Source of the DNA: Nitrospirota bacterium
Lineage (GTDB): Bacteria; Nitrospirota; UBA9217
Assembly (NCBI GenBank): GCA_963845065.1
Contig: CAWJQQ010000001.1
Location: 864,001-928,000, forward strand
Reading direction: 5' to 3'
DNA: 64,000 bases
Numbering within the stretch: the first letter of the stretch is position 1; every line of letters starts with the position of its first letter. The position numbers and the translations under genes are program-made. Shown in pieces: positions 21,175 to 32,938 of the stretch. The notes below the pieces were generated by a model that did not search any database, was not told the DNA's origin, and worked only from the letters and a program-made list of their open reading frames with translations.

Positions 21175-23076
21175 TTATCCGCGAAGCACTCTTTTGTCCC
21201 CAACGCGCTGTGTCAATTTCTGCGAGTCGAAGTATTCCATCAGCGGCACGGCATACTTGCGTGAGGTTTTGGCAAGGTCGCGGAATTCAGCCATGGTTAT
21301 TTCTTTCTTGGCATCGAGATATTGTTTAAGATTGGTCCTGATCTGCTCCAGAATATTCTTGTCCAGATGGAGCGAGTCGTTGATCCTAACAAGATGGCCT
21401 TCATCGGCGAGGAGTTTCATCAGGTCTTTGGCGTCCTTCTCCGTGATACCAAAAAGAGCAGGAAGCTCTTCTCTGATAGGTGGTTGTGTCCCGCCCTTCG
21501 TGATTGCCTCGACTATCTTGCTCTTTACCTCATCCTGGATAGCGCCACGCGCTGCCTTGAATCCCGGAATCTTGAGCTTCGATCCTTCTGCTTCGATTTG
21601 CTTCTTTTTTAAGAGTCCGTCGATCGTCGTATTCAGGATTTTGATTGCCACCCGCATCTTGAGCATGCCCTTCAGCTCTTCCTTGCCAAGGCCTGGTTTA
21701 AGCGGGTTGACGCTGTGATACTGTTGTATAAAGTCGATAATTTTGTTTTCCAGTGCCCCGATGTGCGTTGCATGTACGTAGAGATTGTCGACTCTTAGTG
21801 CTATTTTCTTCTGTGTTAATACTGTCAGGGCCGTCAGGATCGACTGTTTGTCGCCGGCAACAGCACTGATGACCTCTGCTTCTTCAATTCCAGAGAAGCT
21901 TTTGCCGGAAATGAAGAGCCCCAGAATCTCTTCAAGCGTTCCTTCGTTGAGAGTACCGAGGTCCTTGAGCGATTCTTGCATTGTAGCGGTCTTGTGCCGC
22001 CTTGTGTGCGGGTTCAGGATCATGCCACCGCCAAGGGTTTCCATGGGAGAATAAAAACGCAAAATGTATCGGTCTCCGTGCTGGGCTATCACATGTTGTT
22101 CGAGCCGGAGCTGTACGTATGCTTCTTCGCCAGGGGCAAGCATATTTGATCCGAGCAGCGTGATTCTGCCGATGGCCTCCTGGGTAGTGTTGTAAAATCT
22201 GATGCGCGCGCCTGTCTTGAGTCCCCGTGGGGCCTGCTTCAAGAGATTAAGTTTTGCATCAAGTGTTTTGGTTGGCTGGAAGTACCCAGTGTTGACAATT
22301 GTATCTCCCCGCGAAAGTTCGTCTTTCTCGACCCCCTGGAGGTTCACGGCCGTTCGCTGCCCAGCTACGGCACGCTTCACGGCCTGGTTATGAGATTGTA
22401 TGCCACGGACCTTAGTCGTTATCCTTTTTGGCAGGATCTGGATCTCCTGGTCCGTGCTGATCGTACCTGATAGCATTGTGCCGGTGATGACCGTACCGAA
22501 GCCTTTCATCGTGAATACTCGGTCGATGGGAAGGCGCAGGATGCCGTTCAGGGATTTCGGGGCGACTTCGCTCGAGAGTTTTGTAAGCTCCTGCACGAGC
22601 AGAGGCAGGTTTTCTCCGGTCTTGGACGAAACCGGGACGATAGTAGATTTTTCCAGGAACGTACCTCTGACGAAGCTGTGCACCTCGTCCTGCACGAGTG
22701 CCAACCAGTCCTTCTCAACCATGTCCGATTTGGTAAGGGCGATAATCCCTTTTTTCACGCAAAGGAGATCGCAAATGGCAAGGTGCTCACGGGTCTGGGG
22801 CATGATGCCTTCATCGGCTGCAATCACAAGCATGACGATATCAATGCCGCCTACGCCGGCGAGCATGTTCTTGATCAGGCCTTCATGGCCGGGGACGTCG
22901 ACGATACCGAGGCGGTTGTCACCGGGCAGGTCAAGGGATGCGAACCCAAGGTCGAGCGTGATTCCGCGCTCTTTTTCTTCCTTGAGGCGGTCTGGGTCAG
23001 TGCCGGTCAAGGCCTTGACGAGACTGGATTTTCCGTGGTCGATATGTCCGGCAGTGCCGAGGATGATGTATTTCAT
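21175..23076 (-). CDS. selB: Selenocysteine-specific elongation factor
   Basis: [30 protein letters not shown]-terminal winged helix [13 protein letters not shown]...RVGDKR. Confidence 0.96.
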   Translation of the reverse strand: MKYIILGTAGHIDHGKSSLVKALTGTDPDRLKEEKERGITLDLGFASLDLPGDNRLGIVDVPGHEGLIKNMLAGVGGIDIVMLVIAADEGIMPQTREHLAICDLLCVKKGIIALTKSDMVEKDWLALVQDEVHSFVRGTFLEKSTIVPVSSKTGENLPLLVQELTKLSSEVAPKSLNGILRLPIDRVFTMKGFGTVITGTMLSGTISTDQEIQILPKRITTKVRGIQSHNQAVKRAVAGQRTAVNLQGVEKDELSRGDTIVNTGYFQPTKTLDAKLNLLKQAPRGLKTGARIRFYNTTQEAIGRITLLGSNMLAPGEEAYVQLRLEQHVIAQHGDRYILRFYSPMETLGGGMILNPHTRRHKTATMQESLKDLGTLNEGTLEEILGLFISGKSFSGIEEAEVISAVAGDKQSILTALTVLTQKKIALRVDNLYVHATHIGALENKIIDFIQQYHSVNPLKPGLGKEELKGMLKMRVAIKILNTTIDGLLKKKQIEAEGSKLKIPGFKAARGAIQDEVKSKIVEAITKGGTQPPIREELPALFGITEKDAKDLMKLLADEGHLVRINDSLHLDKNILEQIRTNLKQYLDAKKEITMAEFRDLAKTSRKYAVPLMEYFDSQKLTQRVGDKRVLRG

Positions 23077-23171
23077 TCAGATAGTGAGAAGTATCTATGA
23101 GGTAGTAGATAAGGGATAGGAGAGCACGGAATCTGAATGCTTCGTCCTATATACTGTCTGCTATATGCTAC

Positions 23172-24572
23172 CTAGTGAAAGATTTTTTTCGCTACTTCAA
23201 TAATCTTCCCGATTTCTTCATCATTGAGCGTCCGGGGATCGAATACGACCATGCCTTCCTTGATGCGCGCGATGATGTGTGGTTTGCCGAGGCGCAAGCT
23301 GGATTCAATCTGGTTTGCGCTCATGCGCTCGTGCCGGATGCAGACGGTCTTGGTCGGGAAGTTTCCCATTGGCAACGCACCGCCGCCGCTCTGCGAGGTA
23401 TCGTCCTGCATAGAGACCTTAAGGCCTACCTGACCGATTCGTTTGATACCGTCGGATAACAATACGGCTTTTCGTTCGATTTCGGAAAGTGGCTGAGTCA
23501 GCATCCAGAGAGTGGGGATTTCTTTTATCGCCATGTCCCTATCCAGGTATTGGTTTAGCGTGGCCTCGAGTGCAGCAAGCGTTAATTTGTCGATTCTGAG
23601 CGCTCGGGTTAGGGGATTTGAACGGATAGGGTCGAGATATACTTTTTTACCGAGAATCATGCCGGCCTGAGGACCGCCTAAAAGCTTGTCACCGCTGAAC
23701 GTGAGCACATCGACTCCGGCACCGACCGCCTGCTGCACAGTCGGCTCAGATCCTGCTCCATACGTTGAGAGGTCGATGAAACTGCCACTGCCAAGGTCCC
23801 ACATGACAGGCAAGTTATGTTTCCTGCCGAGCTTCGCGAGTTCTTCCGAAGAGACCTCATTCGTGAAACCGACTATTTTATAATTACTCGTATGGACCTT
23901 GAGGATCAGGCCGGTGTTCGCGTTGATTGCTTTCTCATAGTCTTTGAGATGGGTCTTGTTCGTGGTGCCGACTTCGTGTAGAATTGCCCCGCTCCGCTCC
24001 ATCACATCGGGTATGCGGAATGAACCGCCGATCTCTACTAGTTCGCCGCGGGAGACTATGACCTCCTTGCCGCGAGCGAGGGTGTTCAAACCGAGCAGCA
24101 CAGCTGCTGCATTGTTGTTAACGGCAGTAGCGGCCTCAACGCCGGTGAGACGGGTGAGGATGCCCTCTATATGCACATAGCGTTTGCCGCGCTCACCTGC
24201 AGAGATGTCGTACTCCAGGTTGGAGTAGCTGCGGCTCAGCTCAACGACGCGCTCTATTGCCTTGTCGGATAGAAGGGATCGGCCGAGGTTTGTATGAACG
24301 ATGACACCCGTTGAATTGATTACTGGACGGAGACTCGGAGCGGAGAGCTCGTCCAGGATCGTGTCCGTCTGGTCGAGGATTTCAGAGAGGGAGACGGTCT
24401 GTTGAAGTGATTTGTTTTTCTCTCCCTGAAGGATGACCTTGCGCCGCCTATCGACAGCTGTCCTGATTGCCTCTAACACAAGGACGCGCGGGTGTGTTTC
24501 AAGCCAGTGTTTGGCCTTGTTTTCCTTCAGGATATCGTCAACTGATGGAAGTTGTCTTAATAATTCCTTCAT
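23172..24572 (-). CDS. selA: L-seryl-tRNA(Sec) selenium transferase
   Basis: LRQLPSVD, VINSTGVIVHTNLGRS, VSRGELVEIGGSFRIPD, FSGDKLLGGPQAG. Confidence 0.96.
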   Translation of the reverse strand: MKELLRQLPSVDDILKENKAKHWLETHPRVLVLEAIRTAVDRRRKVILQGEKNKSLQQTVSLSEILDQTDTILDELSAPSLRPVINSTGVIVHTNLGRSLLSDKAIERVVELSRSYSNLEYDISAGERGKRYVHIEGILTRLTGVEAATAVNNNAAAVLLGLNTLARGKEVIVSRGELVEIGGSFRIPDVMERSGAILHEVGTTNKTHLKDYEKAINANTGLILKVHTSNYKIVGFTNEVSSEELAKLGRKHNLPVMWDLGSGSFIDLSTYGAGSEPTVQQAVGAGVDVLTFSGDKLLGGPQAGMILGKKVYLDPIRSNPLTRALRIDKLTLAALEATLNQYLDRDMAIKEIPTLWMLTQPLSEIERKAVLLSDGIKRIGQVGLKVSMQDDTSQSGGGALPMGNFPTKTVCIRHERMSANQIESSLRLGKPHIIARIKEGMVVFDPRTLNDEEIGKIIEVAKKIFH

Positions 24573-24956
24573 AATGGTAACATAGCATAGCCGATAGGTA
24601 ATTTCAACAGGACATTTCCCAGTTGATTTCCGCCTTACTTTTTGCCCTTGACATCTAGGCGATAATATGTCAATTTTAACGATAGTTAAATGATTCCATC
24701 CGCCGCGACAATGAAATGCTACGAATGTGCAAACACTGGTATGGACAACGATGCTGTGTCTTCACGCGGCATTAACAGTAAGAGGCATGAATGGACCAAA
24801 CGGTTCGTAAAATCTGCCCAGCAGACATTTTCGGCCGGGCTTCATTGAGGACGAACAACAATACTTAGCTGACAACCCACACTTGCTCTGCTCCGAGTGC
24901 AAATCCGACCATTAATGTTTGGAAAGCAAATAAATCCTGATCAAGGTGAGGTGCTC

Positions 24957-25964
24957 ATGAATAGACGTACATTTATCAAAGGTACCGCGGCCGTGGGCGC
25001 CGCTCTTGCGGTCGATGACCTATTCATCCCCTTTGCCGAGGCAGTGGCCGTGCCTAAGTTCAACTTCTTACACATTACGGACCTGCATCTAGATGTAAGA
25101 GGCGACAACAGCTGGCAGTACCGCTCGCAAAGTGTACCCCTGTTCATCGATGCGCTGCGACAGCTATCCTATCTGCCAAAACTGAACTTTATTGTCTTCG
25201 GAGGGGACCAGGTCCACTATGGCCCTAATGACAAAGAATCTCTCGATGTGTTCCAGAGGTGGGTGTCCCACCTCGACATGCCTTATTATATATTGCTTGG
25301 GAACACGGAGGTGTCGCCGATCCGTGGCGTATCGAAACTAGGAAGGGCTGAATATCTAAAAGCCTGGAGTGGGAAAGGGCTTAATCCAGGGAGTTCATCA
25401 TGGGCATTTGATCCCGTGCATAACGTACGGGTCATCGGTTTTGACGTGACCGTGGTCGGCCAGCCCCACGGTGAAGCAACTCCCGATGGGTTGAAATGGC
25501 TCGAAAACGAGCTCAAAGCGAATCAAAAAAAGAAACTTGTCGTCGTTTTCACACACCAACTGCTTATGCCGACGACGCCGAAGGACGAAAGCAGTGATTG
25601 GTCGTTCTGGATGGTGAAGAACCACGTAAACGTCCGCAGCGTTCTGGATCGGTATCCGAATGTACGGCTTGTCGTTTCAGGACATCACCATGTATCTCGT
25701 GTCATAACCGCCGGTAAGATCACCTATGTCGCCGACCCGGCCGTCGTGTCCTACCCTTGCTCGTTCCGGTCCTATACCGTAACTAGGGAAGGTATTCACC
25801 TGAAAAACATCGGCCTCGAGGATAAGACAATGGTGGACAAGGCATTGGAACTGCTTGTGACCGATCCCTATGCCAAGATGTACGATGCAGCCGATCCGAA
25901 AAAAGCTGCTGATTATAGTGCTGGCCTGACACCGAAGGACCGTGAGTCGACGATCAAATTATAA
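24957..25964 (+). CDS. Tat-exported calcineurin-like metallophosphoesterase
   Basis: MNRRTFIKG twin-arginine signal; DLH, GGD, GNTE (for GNHE/D), THQ, SGHHH; GAGG RBS. Confidence 0.88.
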   Translation: MNRRTFIKGTAAVGAALAVDDLFIPFAEAVAVPKFNFLHITDLHLDVRGDNSWQYRSQSVPLFIDALRQLSYLPKLNFIVFGGDQVHYGPNDKESLDVFQRWVSHLDMPYYILLGNTEVSPIRGVSKLGRAEYLKAWSGKGLNPGSSSWAFDPVHNVRVIGFDVTVVGQPHGEATPDGLKWLENELKANQKKKLVVVFTHQLLMPTTPKDESSDWSFWMVKNHVNVRSVLDRYPNVRLVVSGHHHVSRVITAGKITYVADPAVVSYPCSFRSYTVTREGIHLKNIGLEDKTMVDKALELLVTDPYAKMYDAADPKKAADYSAGLTPKDRESTIKL

Positions 25965-26008
25965 AGCGGCCTACGTTCGCATTCAGAAACAGCAACTATT
26001 TTTCATCC

Positions 26009-28153
26009 TTACTCTTGAGCCAGCGAGAAATCGATCCGTTTCCTCGACGTATCCACTCGATCGACGCGCACCTTGACTTCATCGCCGATCCGGTATACGC
26101 ATTTTCCTCGTTCGCCCCGCAGGCAATGCAGCTTCTCGATGTAATGGTAGTAGTCGTCAGTAAGCGTCGAAACATGAACCAGCCCCTCGACGAAAAGCTT
26201 ACGGAGTTGCACGAAAAATCCGAATTGAACCACGCCGGTAATGATTCCAGCATAAACCTCTCCCAGTTTGTCCTCCATGAACCGAAGTTTCAATACGGTG
26301 ATCACGTCGCGCTCCGCCTCCATAGCCTTGCGTTCCCGCTGTGAACAATGCATCGCAGCTTCAGGTAGTTTTTCGGCGAGTGTCTCGACGAATGCCTCGT
26401 TTCTGAGCCTGCCCTGCATATCTGCTTTCAGTATGCGGTGGACGATGAGGTCGGGGTAGCGCCTGATCGGAGAAGTGAAGTGCGTATAGGTTTCCGCGGC
26501 GAGGCCGAAGTGGCCGACATTTTCCTCAGAGTAGCGGGCCTGCTTCATCGTGCGCAGGAGGACAGTGTTTATCAGCGTTTCCTCTGGTGTGCCCTTGGCC
26601 TTGGCCAACGCCTTCTGCAGGTGTAGTGGTTTGAGCTTCTTTCCGGCGGGAAGCGAAATGCCGAGCGTAGATAGGAACTCGACGAGATCCGCCAATTTTT
26701 CCTCATCAGGTTCTTCATGGATGCGGTACACAAAAGGCGCTTCCTTGTTTTCGATGTGGTGCGCCACTGTCTCGTTCGCAGCGAGCATGAATTCCTCAAT
26801 GATCTGGTGCGCCATATTACGCTCGGCTCTGATAATGTCGGTCATGCGTCCCTGTAGGTCGAGCACTAGCTCGGGTTCAGGTAGATCGAAGTCAATGCTA
26901 CCGCGTTTTGCCCTTTTTGCACGAAGAATTTCCATCACCTCGGCCATCAAATCGAACTGGACGAGAAGCTCGGCGTAACGCTTCCGCTGTGTCGGGTCAC
27001 GGTCAACGAGGATCTCGCGAACCGCTGTGTAGGTCATGCGTTCGTTGCTGTTGATGATGCTCTCATATATTTCGTAGTGCAGGATATCGCCCGCAGGAGA
27101 AATATCCATTTCACAGGTGAGAGTGAGCCGGTCAACGTTAGGGTTCAAACTGCAGATACCGTTTGATAGTTGCATGGGGAGCATAGGGAGGACACGATCG
27201 GGAAAATAGACGCTCGTGCCGCGCTGGTAGGCTTCCTCGTCTAGAATGGTCTTTTCTTTAACATACTGCGCAACATCGGCGATATGGACCCAAAGCCTGT
27301 ATCCGTTTTTGATCCGACTGATCGAGACGGCGTCATCGAAATCCCGTGCTTTCTCGCCGTCTATTGTCACGGTGGGGAGATCACGGAGGTCTTTCCTGTT
27401 CTTCCTCATAGCCGGTGTTACCTGCTGAGGAACATCCGCCGCTTCACGTGCGGCTGCGAGAGAGAACTGCGTTGGCAGTTCATACTGTTCTATGATCAGC
27501 TCCATGTCAATGCCCGGATCACCGGGTTTGCCTATGATCCTGACGATCCTGCCTTCCGGCGGTCTGTTTCGCAGGGGGTAGGCAATGATCTCAGCTGATA
27601 CGATATCACCCGGTTTCGCCTCGGCTGCATTCTCGCGGCTGATTATGAGATCATGCGTAATCCGTGTATCAAAGGGAGAAACGAAACCAAAACCGCCATG
27701 CTGCGGCTCAGGTAGCTCGTAGGTACCGACCACCCTGGTCATGGCTCGTTCGAGGACCCGCACGATTATTCCCTCACGCTTGCCTTCGTTTTTTTTCTTT
27801 CCTGCGGGAGGGGTGACGCGGACCACGACTTTGTCGCCGTTCATGGCGTCGAGTGTGCTCCTCATGGAAATATAGACGTCAGTTTTCCCTTTTTTCTCAG
27901 GAATTACGAACCCGTAACCCTGGGGATGGGCCTGGAAGATGCCGGTTTCGAGATCCATCTTCTCAGGCAAACCGTATCGGTTGCCGCGAGTTTTGATGAT
28001 ATCGCCGGAAAGCGTAAGCTCGTTTAGCACCTGTTTCAAGTCGCGGCGGTCATTGGCCTTGAGCCGGAGCTGCCGCAAGAGCTCACGCACAAGCATAGGC
28101 TTGCCTGTCCTGGTCTTAATTAACTCAATGATTTGTTTGTGGGTATATTTCAT
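26009..28153 (-). CDS. rnr: Ribonuclease R
   Basis: HPQGYGF cold-shock domains, TIDGEKARDFDDA, HFTSPIRRYPDL, C-terminal S1 domain. Confidence 0.96.
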   Translation of the reverse strand: MKYTHKQIIELIKTRTGKPMLVRELLRQLRLKANDRRDLKQVLNELTLSGDIIKTRGNRYGLPEKMDLETGIFQAHPQGYGFVIPEKKGKTDVYISMRSTLDAMNGDKVVVRVTPPAGKKKNEGKREGIIVRVLERAMTRVVGTYELPEPQHGGFGFVSPFDTRITHDLIISRENAAEAKPGDIVSAEIIAYPLRNRPPEGRIVRIIGKPGDPGIDMELIIEQYELPTQFSLAAAREAADVPQQVTPAMRKNRKDLRDLPTVTIDGEKARDFDDAVSISRIKNGYRLWVHIADVAQYVKEKTILDEEAYQRGTSVYFPDRVLPMLPMQLSNGICSLNPNVDRLTLTCEMDISPAGDILHYEIYESIINSNERMTYTAVREILVDRDPTQRKRYAELLVQFDLMAEVMEILRAKRAKRGSIDFDLPEPELVLDLQGRMTDIIRAERNMAHQIIEEFMLAANETVAHHIENKEAPFVYRIHEEPDEEKLADLVEFLSTLGISLPAGKKLKPLHLQKALAKAKGTPEETLINTVLLRTMKQARYSEENVGHFGLAAETYTHFTSPIRRYPDLIVHRILKADMQGRLRNEAFVETLAEKLPEAAMHCSQRERKAMEAERDVITVLKLRFMEDKLGEVYAGIITGVVQFGFFVQLRKLFVEGLVHVSTLTDDYYHYIEKLHCLRGERGKCVYRIGDEVKVRVDRVDTSRKRIDFSLAQE

Positions 28154-28274
28154 AATTCATTAATTAGTAAGTAGTAGATAAAAAAGCTTGGGGGCAGTAA
28201 ACAATAAAGAGGAGAGGAATTTAATAAGAAAGAATCTTTTCCTGTCTACTGCCTAATTTAAGCCGTCCACTTTT

Positions 28275-28670
28275 CTAAATTCTCAATAGCTTCCCCTTTG
28301 CTTCCGCGATCACCATCGGTCCCCGCTCGATTTTTGCTTCTGCCAGGATCAAGCGCCTAGATTCATGCGTCAATCTACCGCTGACGAGCAGCTCCTGGCC
28401 TGGAGCTGCGGACGCCTTAAACTTGATCGTTATCTCAGCAGTCACTGATGGGAGTCCTACGGTGAATGCTAACTTTGCCATGGCTTCGTCGAGCAGAGAC
28501 GAGAGGATGCCGCCATGGACGATCCCTTCATAGCCCTGGTGCATGTTTGTGGGGATGAATGAGGCGTAAATTGTTCGTGCTGTTTTATCGATCTCGAACT
28601 CAATGCCGAGGCCGGCGGGGTTCTTTTTCCCGCACACATAACAGTGTTCGTTGTCGCGGAGCGGCGTCAT
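28275..28670 (-). CDS. PaaI-family (hotdog) thioesterase
   Basis: CYVCGKKNPAGL and HGGILSSLLDE motifs. Confidence 0.88.
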   Translation of the reverse strand: MTPLRDNEHCYVCGKKNPAGLGIEFEIDKTARTIYASFIPTNMHQGYEGIVHGGILSSLLDEAMAKLAFTVGLPSVTAEITIKFKASAAPGQELLVSGRLTHESRRLILAEAKIERGPMVIAEAKGKLLRI

Positions 28671-29488
28671 TCGCTAATAATCCCGTCCGGTGGGGGTGAC
28701 CCCGGAGTCCCTTTCTCCAAATGACCGCATGGTACTTCGAAACAATCTTCTAGCATTCCTCTGCGAGCGAGAAATTCGTTTCGCCGGGAGCATGATACTG
28801 AATAGGCTGTACCACCCAGATGCGCGTTTGAATCCGTTATTACATCGACATTGATGCTATACTGGATTCCTTCAGGGGCTAGTATGTGGCTGTCCACGAT
28901 GATCTAAAAATCTCATCGTTATACCTTCCTCGGTATCACATGTTGACCAGCATATCAACCGTTTTTATCCCTCAGCTCGTAATCATACTGATTGTGGAGT
29001 TTCTGGTGCTCTCGCGTGCGATCTAATGCAGGGACTATTTCGTTTGTCATTCACCTTTCACACGGATAAGGGAGACGTTTTTGGTCAAGCAGAAGGTTAT
29101 GACGTCCTCCCGGATGGAACGTGGCCGATGAAAAGGACCACGCTTTTTTCGACCACGACGGCAGCAGCAACTGCTCCAAAGTTGAGAGTAAAGATCATGT
29201 TGAGATAGCCCGTCTTATTGACAGAGGAAATCGTCTCCAGATCGATCCACAAGGATGCTCTTGCGTACCTCGGGACCGGCCACTTTTTAGTGTCTGGGCT
29301 TATAGCTCGCCGAAAAGGAGAAGCCGTGAACATATATTTATAGTTGACAGAAAACTAAAAAGTCACACAAAGAGAGCAGGCCCCTATGCACCCTTTTCTC
29401 GAAATCAGAAACTACCGTGTGCGTCGGATTCACCGCGGTACAAGCTTGCGTCTTGTATCTCCTAAACGATGCCAGTATAATATAAAAA

Positions 29489-32400
29489 ATGCCAGATGAC
29501 AAACAGATAATGCTGACACCGGCTGAGGCGGTCGAAGCAGGAATCCTGGACCTAACACAAGCGTCACGTAATTTTGCGCTGCTGCAGTCGGAGCTGGGGC
29601 ATGACGGCTTTCCTGAGCTGCTGCGACCACTGCTGAACGAGTTGTCCTGGTCGGCTGATCCTGATATGGCACTAAATAATTTTGAACGCTACGTGAACGC
29701 TCTCAATAACAATGCCCGGAGGTTAATAGCGCTTTGTCGTGTACGTCCTGATATCCTTCATTCCCTCGTTACGGTCTTTGGCGCAAGCCGATTCCTTTCT
29801 ACTTATCTCATCACCAGTGCTGAAGATAGTTTGGACTTCCTGGAGGCCCCGGAGTTTCTTGCACATCCCGCGGGTAAAGAAGCACTACTCAAACTATTCG
29901 CAGCTATGATCAACGAAGTTAGTGACGATGCAGGCTTCGCCCGAGCAATTCGCATATTCCGTAAACAGGAAATGTTCCGGATCGGGCTTCGGGACTTACT
30001 GGGCAAAGCCGACCTTCAGGAGATCGTGGGTGAGTTGTCCGACCTTGCGGAGGTTTGTCTCGAACAGGCTTATAAATGGGTCAATGCCGGACTCATGAAA
30101 CAATATGGCAGACCGGTCATTCATTTCGCCGATGGAACGGTGGCGGACGCCGGTTTTGCAATAATTGCCATGGGGAAACTCGGTGGACGAGAGCTGAATT
30201 TCAGTTCTGATGTAGACCTCATGTATGTTTACCGGGCTGATGGGGATACATTAGGAATACTGTCTGCCGATGGGAAAATATCCAACCGGATCACGAACCA
30301 TCAGTATTTCATCAAGATGGCTGAAAAAATAAGCGCTGCTATAGGCCAGAAGACCGCTGATGGATTCGTGTTTCGTGTGGATCTTCGATTGCGACCTGAG
30401 GGACAGCAAGGACCGCTGGCACAGAGTCTCGGTGGGTACGAGATCTACTACGAATCGTGGGGCCAGACCTGGGAGCGGTCGGCGCTGATCAAGGCCAGGC
30501 CCGTTGCGGGCGATGAGTCCTTGGGTAGGGATTTTCAGGATAGGATCGCCCCATTCGTGTATAGGAAATACCTCGATTACAGTGCCATTGCCGAGATTCG
30601 TGAAATGAAGCATAAAATCAACAAGGACGTGGAACAGAAAGGGAAAATTTATCGGGACGTCAAGCTTGGATATGGGGGTATCCGCGAGATCGAATTCGTA
30701 ATCCAGGCACTCCAACTCATCTATGCGGGCAGGGACCAGTCGCTGCGTGAGAAGAACGCACTAAAAGCTCTTCACACGCTCTCGCAAAAAGGATTGATTA
30801 GCTACCAGGAACATCAAATCCTCGCCAAGGCTTATATATTTCTCCGCACGGTAGAGCACCGAATCCAGATCGTAGACGACTTGCAAACACAGACTCTGCC
30901 GGTAGATGAACGGGAGTTACGAGCACTTGCCAGACGTACGGGATATCTTGCACGGGGAAGTGAGACGGAATCGCTGCTTCGGGACTACGCGGACCATGCT
31001 AAAAAGGTGCGAAGTATTTACGACAACCTGTTCTCTTTCACCGGGGAAGGGGGAGGGCTGCTATCACCGTCAAAAGATTATAACGCGTTACTCGATCCGG
31101 AAACGTCGGAGCAAGAGTCGGTCTCGCTTCTGGAGAAACTCAGGTTCCGCGACTCTGGGAAAGCATATCGTAACCTGCTCTTACTTCGTGACGGCGCGGC
31201 TTATGTTCATCAGACCCCCCGCAGTCGAAAGGTGTTCAACGAAATGTTCCCAAAGCTCTTCGAGGAAATTATCGTCTCACCAGACCCCGATTCGGCACTG
31301 AACCACCTCGAGTCGTTCCTTGCTACACAGGGCTCTTGGGATACCTTCTATTCCTTGATGAAAATCGATGCGTCGGCCCTACGGGTCTTGGTCGCTGTTT
31401 TTGCGAACAGCGAGTATTTATCAAGAATGCTTGTCAGCAGGCCGCAATACTTGCAGAACCTGTTAGAGTCGAGTAGGACTTCAAGTTTAGGTACCTATTC
31501 GAAATATGTGAAGGAACTGACAGACACACTTGAACAGACGGAAGACACAACGGTGAAGCTCGATGCGCTCAGACTATTCAAACACCAAGAGGAAATCAGG
31601 ATTGGGATGGAGGACCTACTTTCTCATGCTCGGCCCATGACGGTGTTCCATAACCTGTCAAAGCTTGCAGAAGTGTGCCTTAACGCCGCACTAAACCTGG
31701 CGGCAAAGGAAACGGGCAAACGATACGGCGGCGCAGGTTCGGTTTCCGGTCTGGCCATCATAGGTGTGGGAAAACTGGGTGGTAGAGAACTTACGTATGG
31801 ATCGGACCTCGATATCCTGTTCGTTTTTTCTGAACCCCGCTCGGTTGCACCGCCAACTGGCCTAACAGTCTTCGAGTATTTCAACAAAATGGCGGAAAAA
31901 ACTCTGGCCTATTTATCAACGCTCACTCGAGAAGGGTTCGTTTTCCGAGTGGATACTCGATTGCGACCGACGGGATCTAAGGGGACGCTCGTCCGAAGTA
32001 TTACGGCGTTCAAACAATACTATGCAGAAGAGGCCGAAACTTGGGAGCTTCAAACCCTGCTTCAGGCGAGATGCGTGGCAGGTGACCGTATTGCGGGTGC
32101 TGAGTGCACGATGGCTATCCAGGATCTAATATACCAGAAGCGGGACCACGCGGCGCTTGCGCGCGACGTCTTTATGATGAGGAAACGGATGGAGGAAGAA
32201 ATTGGCAGGGAAAGCTCGGCTGTTTACAATATCAAGCAAGGCGCAGGAGGAATTGTTGACATCGAATTCCTTGTCCAATACCTTCAGCTCCTATACGGGC
32301 ATGAGCACGCATTGCTACGAGTTCCCGGCACATATAATGCGCTTCGCGTTCTTCATAAAAGGAAACTCATTGAGGATGGTACCTTCGATATCTTGAGACG

Positions 32401-32626
32401 GGCGTATCTGTTCATGCGTCAGCTTGAAAGCAGGATGCGGATCATATCGAACCAGGCCACGAGCGAGTTGAGCAGGAATCCCGAAAACCTATATTTACTT
32501 GCACGCCGCATGGGATATACAGACTCGGACAGCTCAGCCGGGCAGGAACTTCTTTCAGACTATGAACAGCTCAGTCTCAAGGTGAGGGAAATATATGACA
32601 AGATCCTTCACACGGAAGCCGGATGA
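29489..32626 (+). CDS. glnE: Bifunctional glutamine synthetase adenylyltransferase/deadenylase
   Basis: Two NT domains (MGKLGGRELNFSSDVDL; GKLGGRELTYGSDLD), VDLRLRP / VDTRLRP, GGIREIEF / GGIVDIEF. Confidence 0.96.
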   Translation: MPDDKQIMLTPAEAVEAGILDLTQASRNFALLQSELGHDGFPELLRPLLNELSWSADPDMALNNFERYVNALNNNARRLIALCRVRPDILHSLVTVFGASRFLSTYLITSAEDSLDFLEAPEFLAHPAGKEALLKLFAAMINEVSDDAGFARAIRIFRKQEMFRIGLRDLLGKADLQEIVGELSDLAEVCLEQAYKWVNAGLMKQYGRPVIHFADGTVADAGFAIIAMGKLGGRELNFSSDVDLMYVYRADGDTLGILSADGKISNRITNHQYFIKMAEKISAAIGQKTADGFVFRVDLRLRPEGQQGPLAQSLGGYEIYYESWGQTWERSALIKARPVAGDESLGRDFQDRIAPFVYRKYLDYSAIAEIREMKHKINKDVEQKGKIYRDVKLGYGGIREIEFVIQALQLIYAGRDQSLREKNALKALHTLSQKGLISYQEHQILAKAYIFLRTVEHRIQIVDDLQTQTLPVDERELRALARRTGYLARGSETESLLRDYADHAKKVRSIYDNLFSFTGEGGGLLSPSKDYNALLDPETSEQESVSLLEKLRFRDSGKAYRNLLLLRDGAAYVHQTPRSRKVFNEMFPKLFEEIIVSPDPDSALNHLESFLATQGSWDTFYSLMKIDASALRVLVAVFANSEYLSRMLVSRPQYLQNLLESSRTSSLGTYSKYVKELTDTLEQTEDTTVKLDALRLFKHQEEIRIGMEDLLSHARPMTVFHNLSKLAEVCLNAALNLAAKETGKRYGGAGSVSGLAIIGVGKLGGRELTYGSDLDILFVFSEPRSVAPPTGLTVFEYFNKMAEKTLAYLSTLTREGFVFRVDTRLRPTGSKGTLVRSITAFKQYYAEEAETWELQTLLQARCVAGDRIAGAECTMAIQDLIYQKRDHAALARDVFMMRKRMEEEIGRESSAVYNIKQGAGGIVDIEFLVQYLQLLYGHEHALLRVPGTYNALRVLHKRKLIEDGTFDILRRAYLFMRQLESRMRIISNQATSELSRNPENLYLLARRMGYTDSDSSAGQELLSDYEQLSLKVREIYDKILHTEAG

Positions 32627-32849
32627 ATTTGCAATTTTTCTAGTAAAGAAAAGTCATTGCGACTAACAAAGTCGTGATTCCTGATTCTAGGAAGTGATTA
32701 CGTTTCAGCGGCCTTTGACCAAGGTAAGTAGCCTTTATCACCTTCTACCTTCTCGCTCGCATAGCCTTTTTAGTTCATCTGGCAAGGCGATCGCCGAAAG
32801 GTATGTATAACTCAAAGAATGACCCCGAGCGAAGCGGTTTAAAATTTTC

Positions 32850-32877
32850 TTGACAAAATGGCTCAATGGAATATACT
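32850..32877 (+). promoter_or_regulatory. Putative sigma70 promoter upstream of the hyf/ehr region
   Basis: TTGACA-16 nt-TATACT. Confidence 0.5.
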
Positions 32878-32938
32878 ACCGCTTCGTTACGCGGTTTACC
32901 TGTAAAAACTGATTTTTGACAGAGCGAGATTTTTTTAG

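Noticed and set aside
20920..24950. tRNA-Sec (selC) or selD near selAB
   Set aside because: No cloverleaf with a TCA anticodon and no SelD motifs recognised in the flanking intergenic DNA; a covariance-model scan would be needed to exclude it fully.
28667..29465. Small ORFs between the thioesterase and glnE
   Set aside because: No recognisable motifs and conflicting frames; possibly remnants, but not assignable.
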